60,584 nucleotides of DNA, filler included, from Sphacelaria rigidula (GCA_964200075.2; 7 parts of 7 records of this genome joined end to end with filler, not necessarily neighbours in it), one strand, 5' to 3'; positions 1 to 13,025 are shown, counted from the first letter of the whole stretch. Notes: generated from the letters alone by a model not told the origin. Numbers and translations are program-made.

Positions 1-499
1 CGAAAAATGGACACAATCCCGGGGAGCGGTGGATTCTCATTTCAAAATACCTTCTCATTTTTCTGGCAACCCTGTGATATATAGTGTATATGGGATTATC
101 TGTACAGCTCAAGCTCTTCGAAATGAATCATTTCTCCCCTACTCCAAGTTTGGAATTAAATTCATTTCGAATGAATCCTTTTTGCTGTATTCCAAGTTTG
201 GAATGAGAAATTATTCCAAACAGCAGACACCAGCTGCCACAAGACCTACCCCTGCTAGAACTCGTTCTCAAATCACCCGTCAGCAGCCGTCCGTTCGACC
301 GCATTTCTCATCGGTGGAGGCAACCGCTGGGGACGATACGATTGCAGCGGTGGAGGGGACTGTACCTACCGAAGAAGACCATCATTTTTCACGAGAATCT
401 CTCTCCAAGCGTGGTGTCACATGTGAGGCGGGTTTCTAACACGCGTGAGACAGAAAGTTGGGACCGATGCAATCAACAATTGTTCCACGTCTTGTATCT

Positions 500-3400
500 G
501 TCTACAACTGGTCCTGCAGCGAGTCATTTGTTGCGTTTCCAGCCGAAGGGTTCGGAGAGACCAAACGGCAAACGTGCATGGGAGGCTTAGATTTCCAAGT
601 ATCAAAATTCTTCGAAGCAGAGGATCAGGACCTCCATGGAACTCAACAGCGTCACCATGTCACCAGGGCAAGATCCTGATACTTTCTCGAGCAAAGTGTA
701 TCAGCTTCGGGACGAACAGAACAACGTTGGCGAGGCCATTTCCGAAGAAAGGCTGACTGACGCAGTGATCGAAGGTTCAAGAAGCGAGTATGATCCCATC
801 AAGTACAATGCGGAGCATGATCCAGATCTCAGTATTCAGAGCATCGAAACAACAATGCGAAATATGTGTACTAATCCAAGGGGCCTTACAGACTGGAAAA
901 CGGTTCATACCCTTTCCACCCCCCCCCCCTCAGGGGTGGTCGAGAATGAGGAAAATCGAAAAATGGTGTCCACCAGAACACGAAATTAAACGGTACCTTC
1001 ACCACCACGATGCTGGCCTTAACTCGAGCAGTCCAAAACCGAGGAGTTTGGGCATATCAATTGTTCTAGCGGCCGCAGGAAAGGAAACTTGGACTTGGAT
1101 GATGACTTTTAGTCAAGGTGACTGATGGAAAATGACTTTGGGTTAGGCGTTACTGTAGCGAGGCATCTCATCATCAGGTACAATGCGGAGCATGATCCAG
1201 ATCTTAGTATTCAGAGCATCGAAACAACAATGCGAAATATGTATGCTGATCGCGCATGGCGCGGAGATTCACCTCCGGGAAATCGCATGGCCGTGATTCA
1301 TCACTGCTGGTGACATCACTGTCGAAATCTTCGACTCACCCCCGGAAATTCCGTGGAAATTGCTACACCTGCGGGAAACAAGGACATCAAGCAAGAGACT
1401 GTCGCTCGCAAATGCAGTCAAATAATGGGAACAGGCCTGTAAAATGGTGCAGTTTCCATCACACTGGCAAGCATGACGATACCGAGTGTAGATCTTTACA
1501 GAATCGCGGGAATGCAGCCATCAACGCTGGAAACAACAACGATAGCCATCATCATCGTAGAAACCCCCGTCATCGAAATAACAACCGTGGCAACAGCAGC
1601 AACAACAACAGTAGGAGCAACCACAACAGCAACATCGACTGCAACAACTCGGACATCAACGCCAAGCCAACACAGCCGTCGCCGATCCAACTTCTACAAC
1701 CGTACCATCGAACAACAACGACCTGGAAACTTCTTCATCAACAACTACGACAGTGATAGATACATCCTCACCACCAAACGGCAGGGGATTTTCTTTTCTT
1801 TCTAGTTCACATGTCTCTGATACATCCGATCAAATTTATTTTCATTTGACGGTGGATACCAGCGGCACCGGGCATTTTTTGGATGATCAGTTGCTACCTG
1901 ATATCGAACGGGAAATGGTCGACCTGGACAAACTCGATCCACCAATGACTATTTTAACAGCGGGACGCCATCTACTGCACAGTACAGCAAAAGGAGTTTT
2001 GAACACCGTGGTCATTGACTCCGAGGGGTACCAACGTTCTGTACGGCTCCCAGCCGTAATTGTACTAGGTTTGGGGAAGCATCTGTTCTCTCCTGTGCAA
2101 GCTCTTGCGAATAGCCCTTCGACAATAATATCTCACGAGTCCCATATTGACCTCGGAAAGTTTAACCCTTAGACCGCGAGGGTATAGTCTATCTGGATTA
2201 TGCATACTTTTTTCAATTGCAATTGATGCCGACTCAGCAGATGCCCTCCTCTCGCTGTCCAAGGGTTAAGTGCCAATTAACAGTGACAGCACCGGAGCGT
2301 TACGGTACATCAGCGTAAGAGTTTCTCGGAAACCGGGTAATATTGATAACAGCTCAGTATTTACAGCTACAATTATGTCTGGAGAATCTATGGGCATAGG
2401 GTCAGCCATTGTTGCAGAAGTCATTTACCACGACATGCCGAGAATTTCAGCAGCCATGTCTGCCACAGCAGGAGCAGAACCGACAGGTTTGACTGCCACG
2501 ACAGAAGCAGACATTTGGCATAGGTGACTTGGACATCCCACGGAGTAGGTCATGCGCCGTCTACTGAATATTACTGAATCAGGTGTGAACTTCGAGGGGT
2601 CACCGTCACCTCGCGTAACGTGCAAGCTTGATAAAAGTGTACAGCAAGACCACCCAAAGACCGTAGACTTCACGAACATTCCGGAACGACCGCAATTGGT
2701 CAGCACTGACCTAACAGGGTCGTTACGCCTATGGCGCAGGGCGGCTACCGCTACATGGCAAAATTTACGGATCACTTCTCGCGTTTCAAGATAGTCTAAC
2801 TACGCTCTACAAGTTCATCCAAGATTTAGCTTTTCCTTTAGGACTCCGTGTACACCGTCTGCGGTCAGACCGTGGGGGTGAATACATCGCGGACTATTTT
2901 ATGAAGTACTGCAAGACTACGGGCATCCGCCAAGAGGTCACCAGTCCATATACTCCTCAGCAGAGTGGCATCAGTGAAAGAGACGGGCGGAGCATCTTGA
3001 ACGTTACTCGTTGTCTCCTGAATGAATCGAATTTGCCGAAATTTCTTCGGGGAGAAATTGCTGCAACTAACTGCGGTTTTTTCAATCAATCGCCTACCGC
3101 ACACGAGCATCGGCGGCGATACACAATATTTTCGAATGTTTCTCAAGCAACCGAAGCTATTATCCTTGCGGACAATCGGCTCGTGGGCGTTTGTGCACAG
3201 GGAGCGTCATCACAGTAAGTTAAAAGAAAGGGCTTGAGAAGGAGTGCTAGTAGGGTATGATTCCGATAGTCCATTGTACCGCATTTACAACCGCTACTCG
3301 GGGAAAATAACCAGCTCTAGAAACGTCACTTTCATCGAACAAGTAACAAGAGCTCCTTGCAGTGATGAAGATTTTTCGACTTTGGATATCCAGGAACCCG

Positions 3401-4290
3401 ACGTATCTGCAGTTGATCAGGAACAACACGACGACATCAACAACTTAAACATAAATATTTACGATGGTATAGCTCAGCTAGAGGACAGCACCACGGAGGA
3501 TAATTCACCGACTACAGGGCCTCCTATCGCCCCAAGGAGGTTGCGTTCAGCCGGCGGTCCCAAACAGCAAGCCAGTGAGCTGAAGCGACTAGCTTTCATG
3601 TCTTCTGTGGTTCAGCATGCTGCAGCAACACTGGAAATGGTATGTCAGTACATCGGCACTGTCGGAGTTGGACAGGTCGCTCCAGTTTGCAGGTCAGAAA
3701 CTCAGCGATTGTTACTGGCAATTGCTACTGCGAAAAATTGGTCTATTTTAGCCCTCGATGTACAAACTGCAGGTAACAGTATTCCGCAGACAACCGCCTG
3801 GCTTCGAGACGTTCGGCCCAACGACAGGAGAAGCACAAGCTATGGTAATGCCCAACTTCAGGGGAAAATGCGATTTATAACGGGGACGTTATTTTTTATA
3901 TCGAACGGGCTAGTACATTTCACTTTAAGGTTACAACGTGTAACAGCCACTTCAACGACAGAAGCCGAGGTGATTGCCCTAGCGAAATGGCGGCAAATTC
4001 GGAACGTATCTCTTCAATCTGATACGAGAGCTTGGATGGTCATCTGTAGAGCCCGCGACTATCTACTCGGATTCACAAGGCGCACTTCATCTGTCTTCAA
4101 ACGCCAACTTCATCATCAGCTCGAAACAACTGGCGATACGATCCCTTAATTTAAAAGATATGATTCGAGCCGGACAACCAAGTATAACCTATGTACGATC
4201 TTCGGAACAATAAGCGGATCTTCTCACTAAAAGCTATGATAGAATCGTATATCAGAGACTGCTGGAGGCCATAACCGAATTTGGGAGATA
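500..4290 (+). pseudogene. Disrupted copia gag-pol polyprotein
   Basis: Gag (GQDPDTF...ETTMRNMY), zinc knuckle CYTCGKQGHQARDC, protease-like VDTSGTGHF, GAG-pre-integrase WHR*LGH, integrase SPYTPQQSGISERDGR, RT remnant LLLAIA...LDVQTA and RNaseH STTEAEVIAL. There are many stops and frameshifts, and most of RT is deleted. Confidence 0.92.
2166..2265. mobile_element. 100-bp piggyBac-like MITE (family PB1) inserted in copia pol
   Basis: TTAA|CCCTTAGACCGCGAG...CTCGCTGTCCAAGGG|TTAA; it interrupts the reading frame after DLGKF. Confidence 0.88.
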
Positions 4291-4310
4291 GCGGATATTA
4301 ATCCGGCAGG

Positions 4311-4463
4311 ATGTTCATCTTCAGCATCATCGTCAACGCTCAACTTCGATCATCATTGTCAACGTTCAACTTCGATCATCATCGTCAACGCTCAACCTCG
4401 ATCATCATCGTTAACGTTCAACTTCGATCATCGTCGTTACCGCTAAACTTCGATCATCATCGT
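4311..4463. repeat. 27-bp minisatellite, about 5.5 copies, in the copia 3' region
   Basis: Repeated unit ATCATCGTCAACGYTCAACTTCGATC(A). Confidence 0.9.
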
Positions 4464-5051
4464 CACCGGAGTTTGAGGAACTTGATTTTATTCGATTTTT
4501 TCGTTCAAGAAATGTGATTGAGTGAAAGAACCCAAGTAGGTGTAAGATGCCTGCAATACTCGTACATTATATAAAGAACGCGCGGCAAAATTACCTGCGT
4601 TAGGTGAATTTGTTTTGATTGCTCTTGTTTTATTTGAGTGCAGTCTTAAGGTCCAGAGGAGCACGCTAAAACCAGAGTGTGCAGACTCCTGCATGTATGA
4701 TACAAGGTTCAGAAAATACGCTGTAGGAACAATGTGTGCAACGACCTCTAGGTTGGCGATGTTTTTTCCGTCCTTGCCTACTCTGTCCTTTTTTTCTCTC
4801 TTTTGAGAAGGGTGCTTTTTGAGGGGGGAGAGAGAGTCGGGAAACATAGTTGGCATCTGTAAGTTATCGTTGACTGCTACATCGTCACATGATGAAAACA
4901 TTTCGCGGTTTGATGTCACCGCACCATTGTTTTTGTTTGCTCAATTATTTTGTAGCTCATGGAAATCTGATGCACATGCAAATACATGCGCATGTGAGCG
5001 GAGATTTGTAACAGTGACTAATTTATTTTCTCACATTGGTCTAAGGGTTAA

Positions 5052-5149
5052 GCCTTAGACCGCGAGATTAGTCTTTCTGGATCATGCTTACTGCTTTTCA
5101 CTTGAAATTGATGCCGATTCAACATAAGACTAACCTCGCGGTCTAAGGG
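5052..5149. mobile_element. PB1 MITE, second copy
   Basis: TTAA|GCCTTAGACCGCGAG...CTCGCGGTCTAAGGG|TTAA; the interior is similar to 2166-2265. Confidence 0.88.
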
Positions 5150-5326
5150 TTAAGTCGTGTTTACAGTATAGACATGAGTTGTACAGCAGTACGAGTGCGT
5201 ATCTCGACGATTGACTTTGTGTACTGTCAGTACTTCATAGCTCGACTGATTGTATTCGCTTGCTATGAACATAGCATGTAAGGTACACTAATTTTCTTTG
5301 ATAGCGACATGTCAATCACGGGGGAG

Positions 5327-5784
5327 TGTTGGAATTTTAGACAGGACAGCCCAAGTTCTTTGTGTGTGATTGAAATCGCCGCTACAAGATACTGTACGGC
5401 ATAAGCGGCACGACTTGAATGGTATTTGTTATGGTTCAGATGAAACTGTAAATGTGTCGTTTCACTGTGCCTTTTTCATGGTAATATAGGGTACGCTTCA
5501 AGATATTTTTTGTTCACGTACAGCATTGGTTTTTGTCCAGAGAGTGAAAAGTTTCGAGGCTCACGCTCGCTCGTCCCTCGCTTCTCACTCTCCCCAGCAA
5601 CCCAGTTTTGCTTCCACAGCTCTCTCTTGCATAATAGGCTGCTTGATATTTTAGGCCAGAAGCGTCGAACTACACTATCTTGATTTACTACACTGGCTCC
5701 TCGCAAGTAGCTTCGCCGCTACAGTGCAAGCCTCTGCTTAAATGTCCAGTGAGACAGTGCCGTGCCAGGGAATAGTTTCCAACA
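5327..5784 (+). repeat. 3' LTR of the copia element (458 bp)
   Basis: Starts TGTTGGAA directly after the purine tract GGGGGAG and ends TTCCAACA, giving 8-bp inverted termini. Confidence 0.85.
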
Positions 5785-6110
5785 CACACACGAGATCATA
5801 TTCTTCGTATCGTGTAAGAGGTCCACGTGATATTTTGTTCGGGGTATATTTCGTCAGAGTGGGCGGTTCATTCTTTTTCATGTCTTGCAGTTAGTCGGCA
5901 TTCGCGGGTATGGATGAATCCCGGGCGTCACCAGGCTAGCTGATCGCCATGATATATTTTCCTTTATATCGCACTTGCGATCACTACCTCAAATGTCGGC
6001 ACAAGGTTTAGGTCGAAAGTACACCGGAAGTAGCAGAAGGTCCAGCGAATAGAACATATTTCCGGCAAAATGCAGCGGATTCAAAAACGAATAATCCCGC
6101 GGAAGAGGGA

Positions 6111-6266
6111 GGGGTGCACTCATGATCGCGTATACCGTAGTCACCAGACCATTGACATCGAATCCCTACAAAGCCGGGACGGGAGCACGCCGAGTTTTCG
6201 GCGGACCAGGCTTGCTCTCAATCACCAAGCACGAAGCGCCGTCGTGTGTTCGGCGAGCCTCATGAA
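6111..6266 (+). repeat. Dispersed repeat family starting G-run + GTACTCAT (subfamily A)
   Basis: Similar sequences at 17517-17720, 25731-25909 and 60559-60584. Confidence 0.75.
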
Positions 6267-6614
6267 GGGGGGGGGGGGGGGGGGGGGGGGGAGGACTACA
6301 ACCACCCCCAACGGCGGCGCCTGGGGGGGGGGGGCAGGAGCGGCNNNNNNNNNNGGGCTTTTTTTTTGTGCTTTTTTTTGTTGTGTTTGTGTTGTCGTTG
6401 GGTCGGTGTGGGTGTTGGTTTTGACTAAACCCACCAACATCGTCGGCTTACAGGGAGGTGTACCAGAGGACCTCGATGTTTCGCGATTCGCTTTGTTCCG
6501 GTGACTGCAGTATCAACCCTGGTTTGAAACAGCCATTACTTTACAGCAAGCACCTTCGAATAACATCATGACAAAGCATTTTGCCTGGAGAAAAAAAATT
6601 CCCCGCCTTCTTCG

Positions 6615-6830
6615 CTGTTGTTGTCTTCATATTAAACATCGTTCCGATATTTGCGCGGGACATTCGTACTAGGCATCTGATGCGGACCCCTTCCGTGGTC
6701 ACAGGCTAGCTACCTATAATGAGGGGAGAGGAAATCGAACAAAACCAACAAGAAACACAAAAAAATAGACCCAGTGAAAAACTAAAAAACGCGATACAAG
6801 CGAAACAGGGATAAATCATGAAGAAGAAGT
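6615..6830 (-). mobile_element. Retroposon (LINE-like) 3' stub with short (AAC)n tail
   Basis: About 90 bp are nearly identical to 14920-15005 (CGTTCCGATATTTGCG...CACAGGCTAGCTACC); both copies abut a TTG repeat. Confidence 0.6.
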
Positions 6831-8570
6831 AGGATACATGTGGCTAACCTCAGAAGATCCGGTGCCGCAGGTGGCCATCCCGGCTTCAGGGGGTGGCACT
6901 CGGCTTTCCAACTCGACGATGATTCGTCAAGAAAACAAAATTAAAACATCTAGTGACCCAAACAACGTCCACTCAACGGTCACTCACTGCTGACTCCGAC
7001 GTCCTAGTGAGCTTCCGTCTCGAAGTTCGGGAATGTAGGCTGCACGAACCATTTCGTGACTGAACAACTACATGGGACTTTCGACCGCGGGTGCGGAGTA
7101 TGTACATCGATCTAAAATCACACATGACGGGACCAGCTGCCGGCTTCAAGAATTAAGTAATCTTCCCTGATCTTCCAACAGAGCCGCGCAAATGCCTCGC
7201 CGCGAAAGCCGATCGGACGTCCGTGGAACATCTGGCCAGCGAAATTGTACTGTACTCACCGTGACAGCCTTAGATTGAGCTAGGTCAATGAATATGAGAC
7301 GATCACGTTTCCCTGTGACAAAGGGTCGTGAGCGTCGCCCTACCCCACTCCATGAAATACAGCTGTTGATAACGCACGGTAATACGAAACATCAAGCTGG
7401 AAACATTCGCCAGTAGCATGGCATCTGAGAGGATCCGTGTATGTGTGTGAGAAAAAGAGGAGGGCAGACAGACAGACGGGCAGAGAGGCGAACAGTCGGA
7501 CGGTACACACGCGGCCATTCGGCTACCTCGTGGAGGAATTTTCAAACGTCATCCTCGGTTCCGCCCGCTTTAAAATCCCCCCCAGAGGATCTTGGGTATT
7601 CGTAATCCTCCAGAGGATGCACAATGTCGGGGCCCTCGGAGGTCTGTGTCGATATTGAAATTCCCTGAATTGTTTTTGAGGCACAAGTGCTACGGAAATA
7701 TGGAATTTTTACAGCTGCTAGAAATAAGTCCTGGTTCCAAATTATTGGAATCAGGCCAGAATGATTTGTTTCGAACAGCCCCAGCTATGCGAACCCAACA
7801 TGCCTTTGGTTCTGTCCAGAACCAGACCAACCGCTCCTGTCCATAGGAAACTTCTAGTCACCAGGAATGTTCCTCGACTTTCGGCTAGTCCGATCTCAAA
7901 GATCTCGAACTGTCTGTCTGTGTGCCTTGAAAGCCACGGAGCTACGGGTACGCTCCAGGCTTGGAGCCAACACACACAACACCAAGCTCCCATACTGTTA
8001 GCTTGACTGTATACCACACCACAAGCATATTCTGTAGGCTTGATTGGTTTGTGGTCTGTGTGTCATCCGAGACAAGGCAAGTCATCGCTGCTCGCCCCTC
8101 GTCTCTCACTCAACATCTCAACCCTCTTTTGGGATCTTGTCCTGTCCTCAACGCACCGTCCTAGCTTGATCGATAGAGCGCTCTGCTATCTCATAGAGGC
8201 GGGGGCTCATGACCCTCTGGCGCCATTCTTCTGTTGTGCAGTGACCCATAAAACTCGACAAAAAAATCGAAAAAATCATGACAACTTTCGTAAAAATGTC
8301 CTCCGGGAGGGAGGAGGGGCTGGCCTACGTGTCCGAAATTGTTCGCTCGACAGACCCTTATACCATGGTGGAATTAGGCCAGAATTATGCTGGCATAATA
8401 ATAAGAAGCCTAGTGACCCCCACTGTATTTATTTATTGTTGTTTTAGGCCGTGTTTCGGCAATATACTACGTTTCTCCGTCGAGAAAGTGCGGTGGAGAA
8501 GAAAAATAAAAACTACGACCTCACCCCGAACAGTATATGCCAGCATAAATATATTTCTGCACCAATAGAT

Positions 8571-8670
8571 NNNNNNNNNNNNNNNNNNNNNNNNNNNNNN
8601 NNNNNNNNNNNNNNTTAATTAATTAANNNNNNNNNNNNNNNNNNNNNNNNNNNNNNNNNNNNNNNNNNNN
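8571..8670. other. Artificial scaffold linker N44-TTAATTAATTAA-N44 (also 17241-17340, 25910-26009, 34579-34678, 43248-43347, 51917-52016)
   Basis: Six identical 100-bp linkers with stops in all frames separate pieces of 8568-8570 bp. Confidence 0.98.
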
Positions 8671-8729
8671 GTCAATGGTCAAACGACTAAGGCAAGCAGC
8701 AAATGAGTACGCCCCCCCCTCCCCCCCCC
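8671..8729 (-). repeat. Dispersed repeat GGGGCGTACTCATTTGTTGCTTGCCTTAGTCGTTTGACCATTGAC (subfamily B)
   Basis: Near-identical copies at 17413-17483, 43026-43086 and 57380-57446. Confidence 0.85.
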
Positions 8730-8754
8730 GATACCTGCCGTGTAAATATCGTTC

Positions 8755-8925
8755 GAGCACTAGATCATGACTATCAGCACTTCCGCAGCCCGTCGACCTT
8801 CGTCGAACTTCTCGTCAGCTCACGTTTTCACGCGTTTCACCGCGGTAACCAGTAAGGTTTACTACTACTGTCAGGATCCGAACCTACTCCTGCACTCGAA
8901 CCGGCCTACGATGTACCACTTTATA
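8755..8925 (-). mobile_element. Diverged tRNA-derived SINE (family SINE2)
   Basis: B-box-like GGTTCGGATCC, then CGCGTGAAAACGTGAG and GTGCTGATAGTCATGA motifs shared with 27570-27790. Confidence 0.55.
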
Positions 8926-10801
8926 ACCCTCATTGTTCGGCGGAATATTCGTTTCTAATAGCCGTATTCTTTCATTTATCTTCGTAGCTGTATCCCTCGC
9001 ACGCGATGCTTCCTAGAACTCCCAACGAACGAACTTCCGCTCATCGTTCATTCTCCTTCATCGCAGCTACTATCGTCACTTCCACCTTTACAAGCACATC
9101 TTCACGACCAAGGTCAACGTGGTGCTGGAGCAGCGACACCCTCACAACGTCGAACAGCCCCAGAAACCACCGCCACTCCACGGCGCGCTCATGATGGTCA
9201 ATACAGGAGCGACACACGATTGAAAAAGGGCTGCATACCATTAAAAAAGGGGTTAGATGACATTAAAAATGGGTTGCATGAATCGTTGAGACTTGGTTGT
9301 GTGTTTCCAAAACACGAAAACTAACAGTAATGAACGGGGCTTAACTCTGGTGAGACACAGCACTATTTCTCAGCAGCGAGCCGCTGCTTTTGTCACCACA
9401 ACCCCACGGCGCCACGCTTGAATAGAAGTTTATACTAGCGAGAGGAATGATGCCACGGTTTGGGGGGAGGGAGGGAGGAGGGTTACGCGTTTTTACGTGT
9501 GTTTGCGATTAGACAGCTGAACCGCCTTTCTCACAACCACAGTGCGCCGTTCTCACTAGCGCGATCAGCCATGTCCGATCATTGCTCCCTCTACTTCGTC
9601 GAAAACGGTCTCGGAAGCCCTTCGCTTGACGCTCGCGCCCGTTTCCGAATGAAATGAAATCTCTCCACTGCGCGGCGCGTTGGTCCGGGGTTCGCTAATA
9701 TCTCTCGTTCGTTATCCCCCTCAGAGAAATCGATTTCCGATCAGAAACTAATCATCGATCGTCAGCACAACCCCGACAACCATAGGGGACTTGTTTCAAA
9801 GCCTTCCGCATGTGCTCACTCTCTGACTATAGCGGTGGAGCGACTCGGCACCTATATCCGTGGAGAGATTTTTCAATTCCCCACCAAATGCCGATATGAT
9901 ATGTGGAACATCATAAGTTGTGATGGAAACTTTCAAAAACTCTTTTCTCTTCCACTTGTAAGTGACCAGAGAATCGGCGAATGCGGACAAAGACAGACCC
10001 GGCTGGTTGTCGGAAGATTTCAAACCCTTAGCAACAACTGTCATCTTGATAACTACGGGCACCAAGAGCTATGCATCATCACACTAAAAGACAGTAACTT
10101 GCCCGACGAATGTCGGCGACAAGAGATTGGAGTCCGGGTAAGCGTACCTGTACATATCTGCTCGCGTTCGCACGGCTGTGAGTGACCGGAGTCCCTCTTT
10201 TGGCGTGCGCTTTTTTATACACGTGTGTGCTTCTTGAGGACACGTGTGTGCTTTTTGAGATTTTTTAGATGTTTTCGATTCTGCTTGCCGTCATACACAA
10301 GCTACTCATGATTCATGAAGCCAAAGTTTCACGGGAATATGCCTGACTTTCAAAGGGTTAACCAAAGCATTGATTGGTCGGTCGATCCAGCTTTCCATGG
10401 GTTGGTGTGGTCGGTTCGTTGTGCACTAAATGATCTCTTCATGAATCCAGCCGTGACTTCAAGACATACGTACCGGATTATAAATGAAAACGTACCATGG
10501 TTTTGTACAGGTATCGAGTTTTACGCCGCCTGCGACGGTGCGCGGGTACCGACACCCATGCTTGAAAGGACGATCGCCCTTGACCAATTTGTTTTCAAGC
10601 AATGTAGAAGAGCACACCGTGGAGACTCGATGTAAACGCGCTACGCCAGAATGAGCACAACAAACCCCACTTAGCGGATGTATTGTTTACAGGGATAGAG
10701 GGATGGCAACCCTGGGGCGAACCGGGGTCCGATTTATAGATTCAACAACTTGGAAAAACGAAAAACATCGGGATTGCGTTTTGTTATTATGCCATGATAA
10801 C

Positions 10802-10998
10802 CACTGAGCCACTCAGTCAGCGCTTACTGAAGGGCTCAGTGTTTACTGTGACATACAAACAATGCCTTGTATTAGTCAAACTCCTGGAATATTCACAGCG
10901 ATAAACTCTGAATACCAACCCTATCGTCCGCACAGGAAGCCAGGTAATGTTTCCCAGCTAAAACACTCAAAACTAACCGTACCGGCATACCGTCCGCA
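10802..10998 (+). repeat. About 200-bp dispersed repeat, second copy at 13481-13678
   Basis: CACTGAGCCACTCA...AAACTCCTGGAATA..CACAGGAAGCCAGGTA...CATACCGTCCG is present twice. Confidence 0.85.
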
Positions 10999-11879
10999 AT
11001 GTAAAAGAGCAAAATAAGTCCTACATAGTAGCAGCTTCTATAACAGGTATGAGAACCCTGGGGCAAAACGAGAATCCGCTACCGATATACGATCGACCCC
11101 ACGAATTGCGGCGGGTTTATATGCCGGTATACCTCTATGACATGCGACATGTGCGTCATATAGAAAAGGGGCAACGTCCTGTAGTGCTCCAGGTCGAACG
11201 GTCGGATGAGTCGTCAAACAACAGGGGAGCGCGATGTATTTTACCTTGGACAATGTATACAAACCAGTGCAACTAGGAGGAGTACACGCGCCGACCTGTA
11301 GGTATGTTTTGATGCTACTGTCAACGGGATGTGCTTTTCCAACACTGTGGGACGCAGTAAAGTGAGCGCACAACAACCTCCGAACAACGATATTCCCTGG
11401 GTGACACATCCTGAACGTATGCAGTGTCGCAGGGTTGTGCAAGTATTGAGGTGCAAGGAGAATGCCAGGGCAATAGTGCATGTGCACATGAATCTGCCAC
11501 AATTCGTGCAGTCGATGTGATTCCTCATATCGGTTCGCCGGATAGTAGCGATGTCGCCGATTTGCCGTTATTATTTTCGAAGGTGAACATATAGACCACT
11601 ATCACCCCCACAATCGGATTTTCGCCCTTGCCGGGCACCTGTCGGCGTAACCATCGACATTTTCGTGACAGTATAATCAATATCTACCGATACAAGACCC
11701 TACAAATTTGGGGAAAGATGTTTTAGAAAGAGGTGGAAACGTTTGGGGGGGGGGGGGGGGGATTGTCTTTCACCTGACTGAATGAGCATCAAAACTTTTG
11801 CAGCAAAACAAGGTGCAATCACGCGACNNNNNNNNNNCACAAAAACGACAAACAAAAAATGGGGGGGGAGGGTGGTGAA

Positions 11880-11915
<36 letters not shown>

Positions 11916-12536
11916 ATCGTCTTTCACCTGACTGATTGACGATCAAAACGTTCGAAGCAACACTATGGTCACTACGGCGACCATCTCTCCTGCCATAAAA
12001 AGATGCTGTTGTCAGCAAACGTGGGCGAAGGGCGCCTTCATCAATCAAAAGTACAATCAAGTGATCCCCTGTGGCGAATAGCCCGGGTAAATTCGGTAGC
12101 TCTAGTTACTCCAACCCTGCAAAAACCAATGAGCTTCGATTCCTACGAGGCCTGTCGCAAGGTCACCGCGCCAGCCTTGTAATGATTTTAGGGAAATTTA
12201 CGACCGACGTAGCTGTGGACTTGCAACAACTCTTCGGATGGGGGAACAAATACCCCCTGCCATAAAAACTGTCTCCTGATCGTTACCCGTGTATAGGCAC
12301 AGTCACCAAAACACACTCAAGCAGGCGCTGCAGATCCTTCCAGATATTTATTGCGCGAAGGGTGGGCAAACGATAACGGTACGAAAAAACAATCGGTGGT
12401 CGAGGATGGAGGGCCGATGTTTTCAGCTGCTTACATACACGTCAGGACCCTATCATCCTGCAAACGCTTTTTCAATAGCTCGCGATTAACGACGGACGGC
12501 TTTGCGGAGGCCGATACTGGGAAATGGTGTTGAGAG

Positions 12537-12537
<1 letters not shown>

Positions 12538-12580
<43 letters not shown>
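12538..12580. repeat. (CTG)n microsatellite
   Basis: Seen directly in the sequence. Confidence 0.95.
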
Positions 12581-12582
<2 letters not shown>

Positions 12583-12869
12583 GCCGCCATTTTTTGAGAG
12601 TTTGTAACGATCAAGTGAGCTATAGTACACAGCCCGAGGTATGCGCTTCCGGCGAAGAAGAGAATGCCTGTTTCAACACGTGTGCTCCTCTTGAAATCGA
12701 CGGTCCATACTTGGACCCATATACATGAAGCGGTCGGTCTCACCGGGTGAAAAAGTTGGCGTACAGGAATTATGTATGCCCTACAAATGTATTTACTACA
12801 GTACGATGAAATTGATTGTGTCAATCCGCAAACTTGGGCACGCCTTTCCCGACGGCGTGTTGTGGGAAT

Positions 12870-13025
12870 CGCGCTCGCCGTGCCTAACGCCTCCTGTAAA
12901 CTTTAACGAGGGTTAGACTTCCGATGTGCTGAGTTTTTTCTTTGTAATATGTAACTTCCACCGTGGGACGCGTGAGAACGTGAGTACACAAAGTATTCGA
13001 CTGATAAAAATAAATGAAAAAATAA
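12870..13025 (+). mobile_element. SINE2 copy
   Basis: TTCCACCGTGGGACGCGTGAGAACGTGAGTACACAAAGTA is shared with 27664-27710. Confidence 0.6.

Larger units (their letters stand above)
230..5784 (+). mobile_element. Degenerate Ty1/copia LTR retrotransposon (5' LTR not seen in the window)
   Basis: Domain order gag-PR-INT-RT-RNaseH, followed by a polypurine tract and a TG..CA LTR. The left boundary is approximate. Confidence 0.93.

Noticed and set aside
4311..4463. 27-bp and 54-bp (34731-34967) arrays as CRISPR
   Set aside because: Contiguous tandem units without unique spacers, no cas genes, eukaryotic context.
8615..8626. Recurring TTAATTAATTAA palindrome at regular spacing of about 8.67 kb
   Set aside because: It is embedded in N runs; an artificial all-frame-stop linker, not a biological periodicity.
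11745..11965. Tandem duplication around poly-G and a 10-N gap
   Set aside because: It flanks an assembly gap in low-complexity sequence and may be an artefact. Long G-runs at 6267 and 51639 are similarly unreliable.
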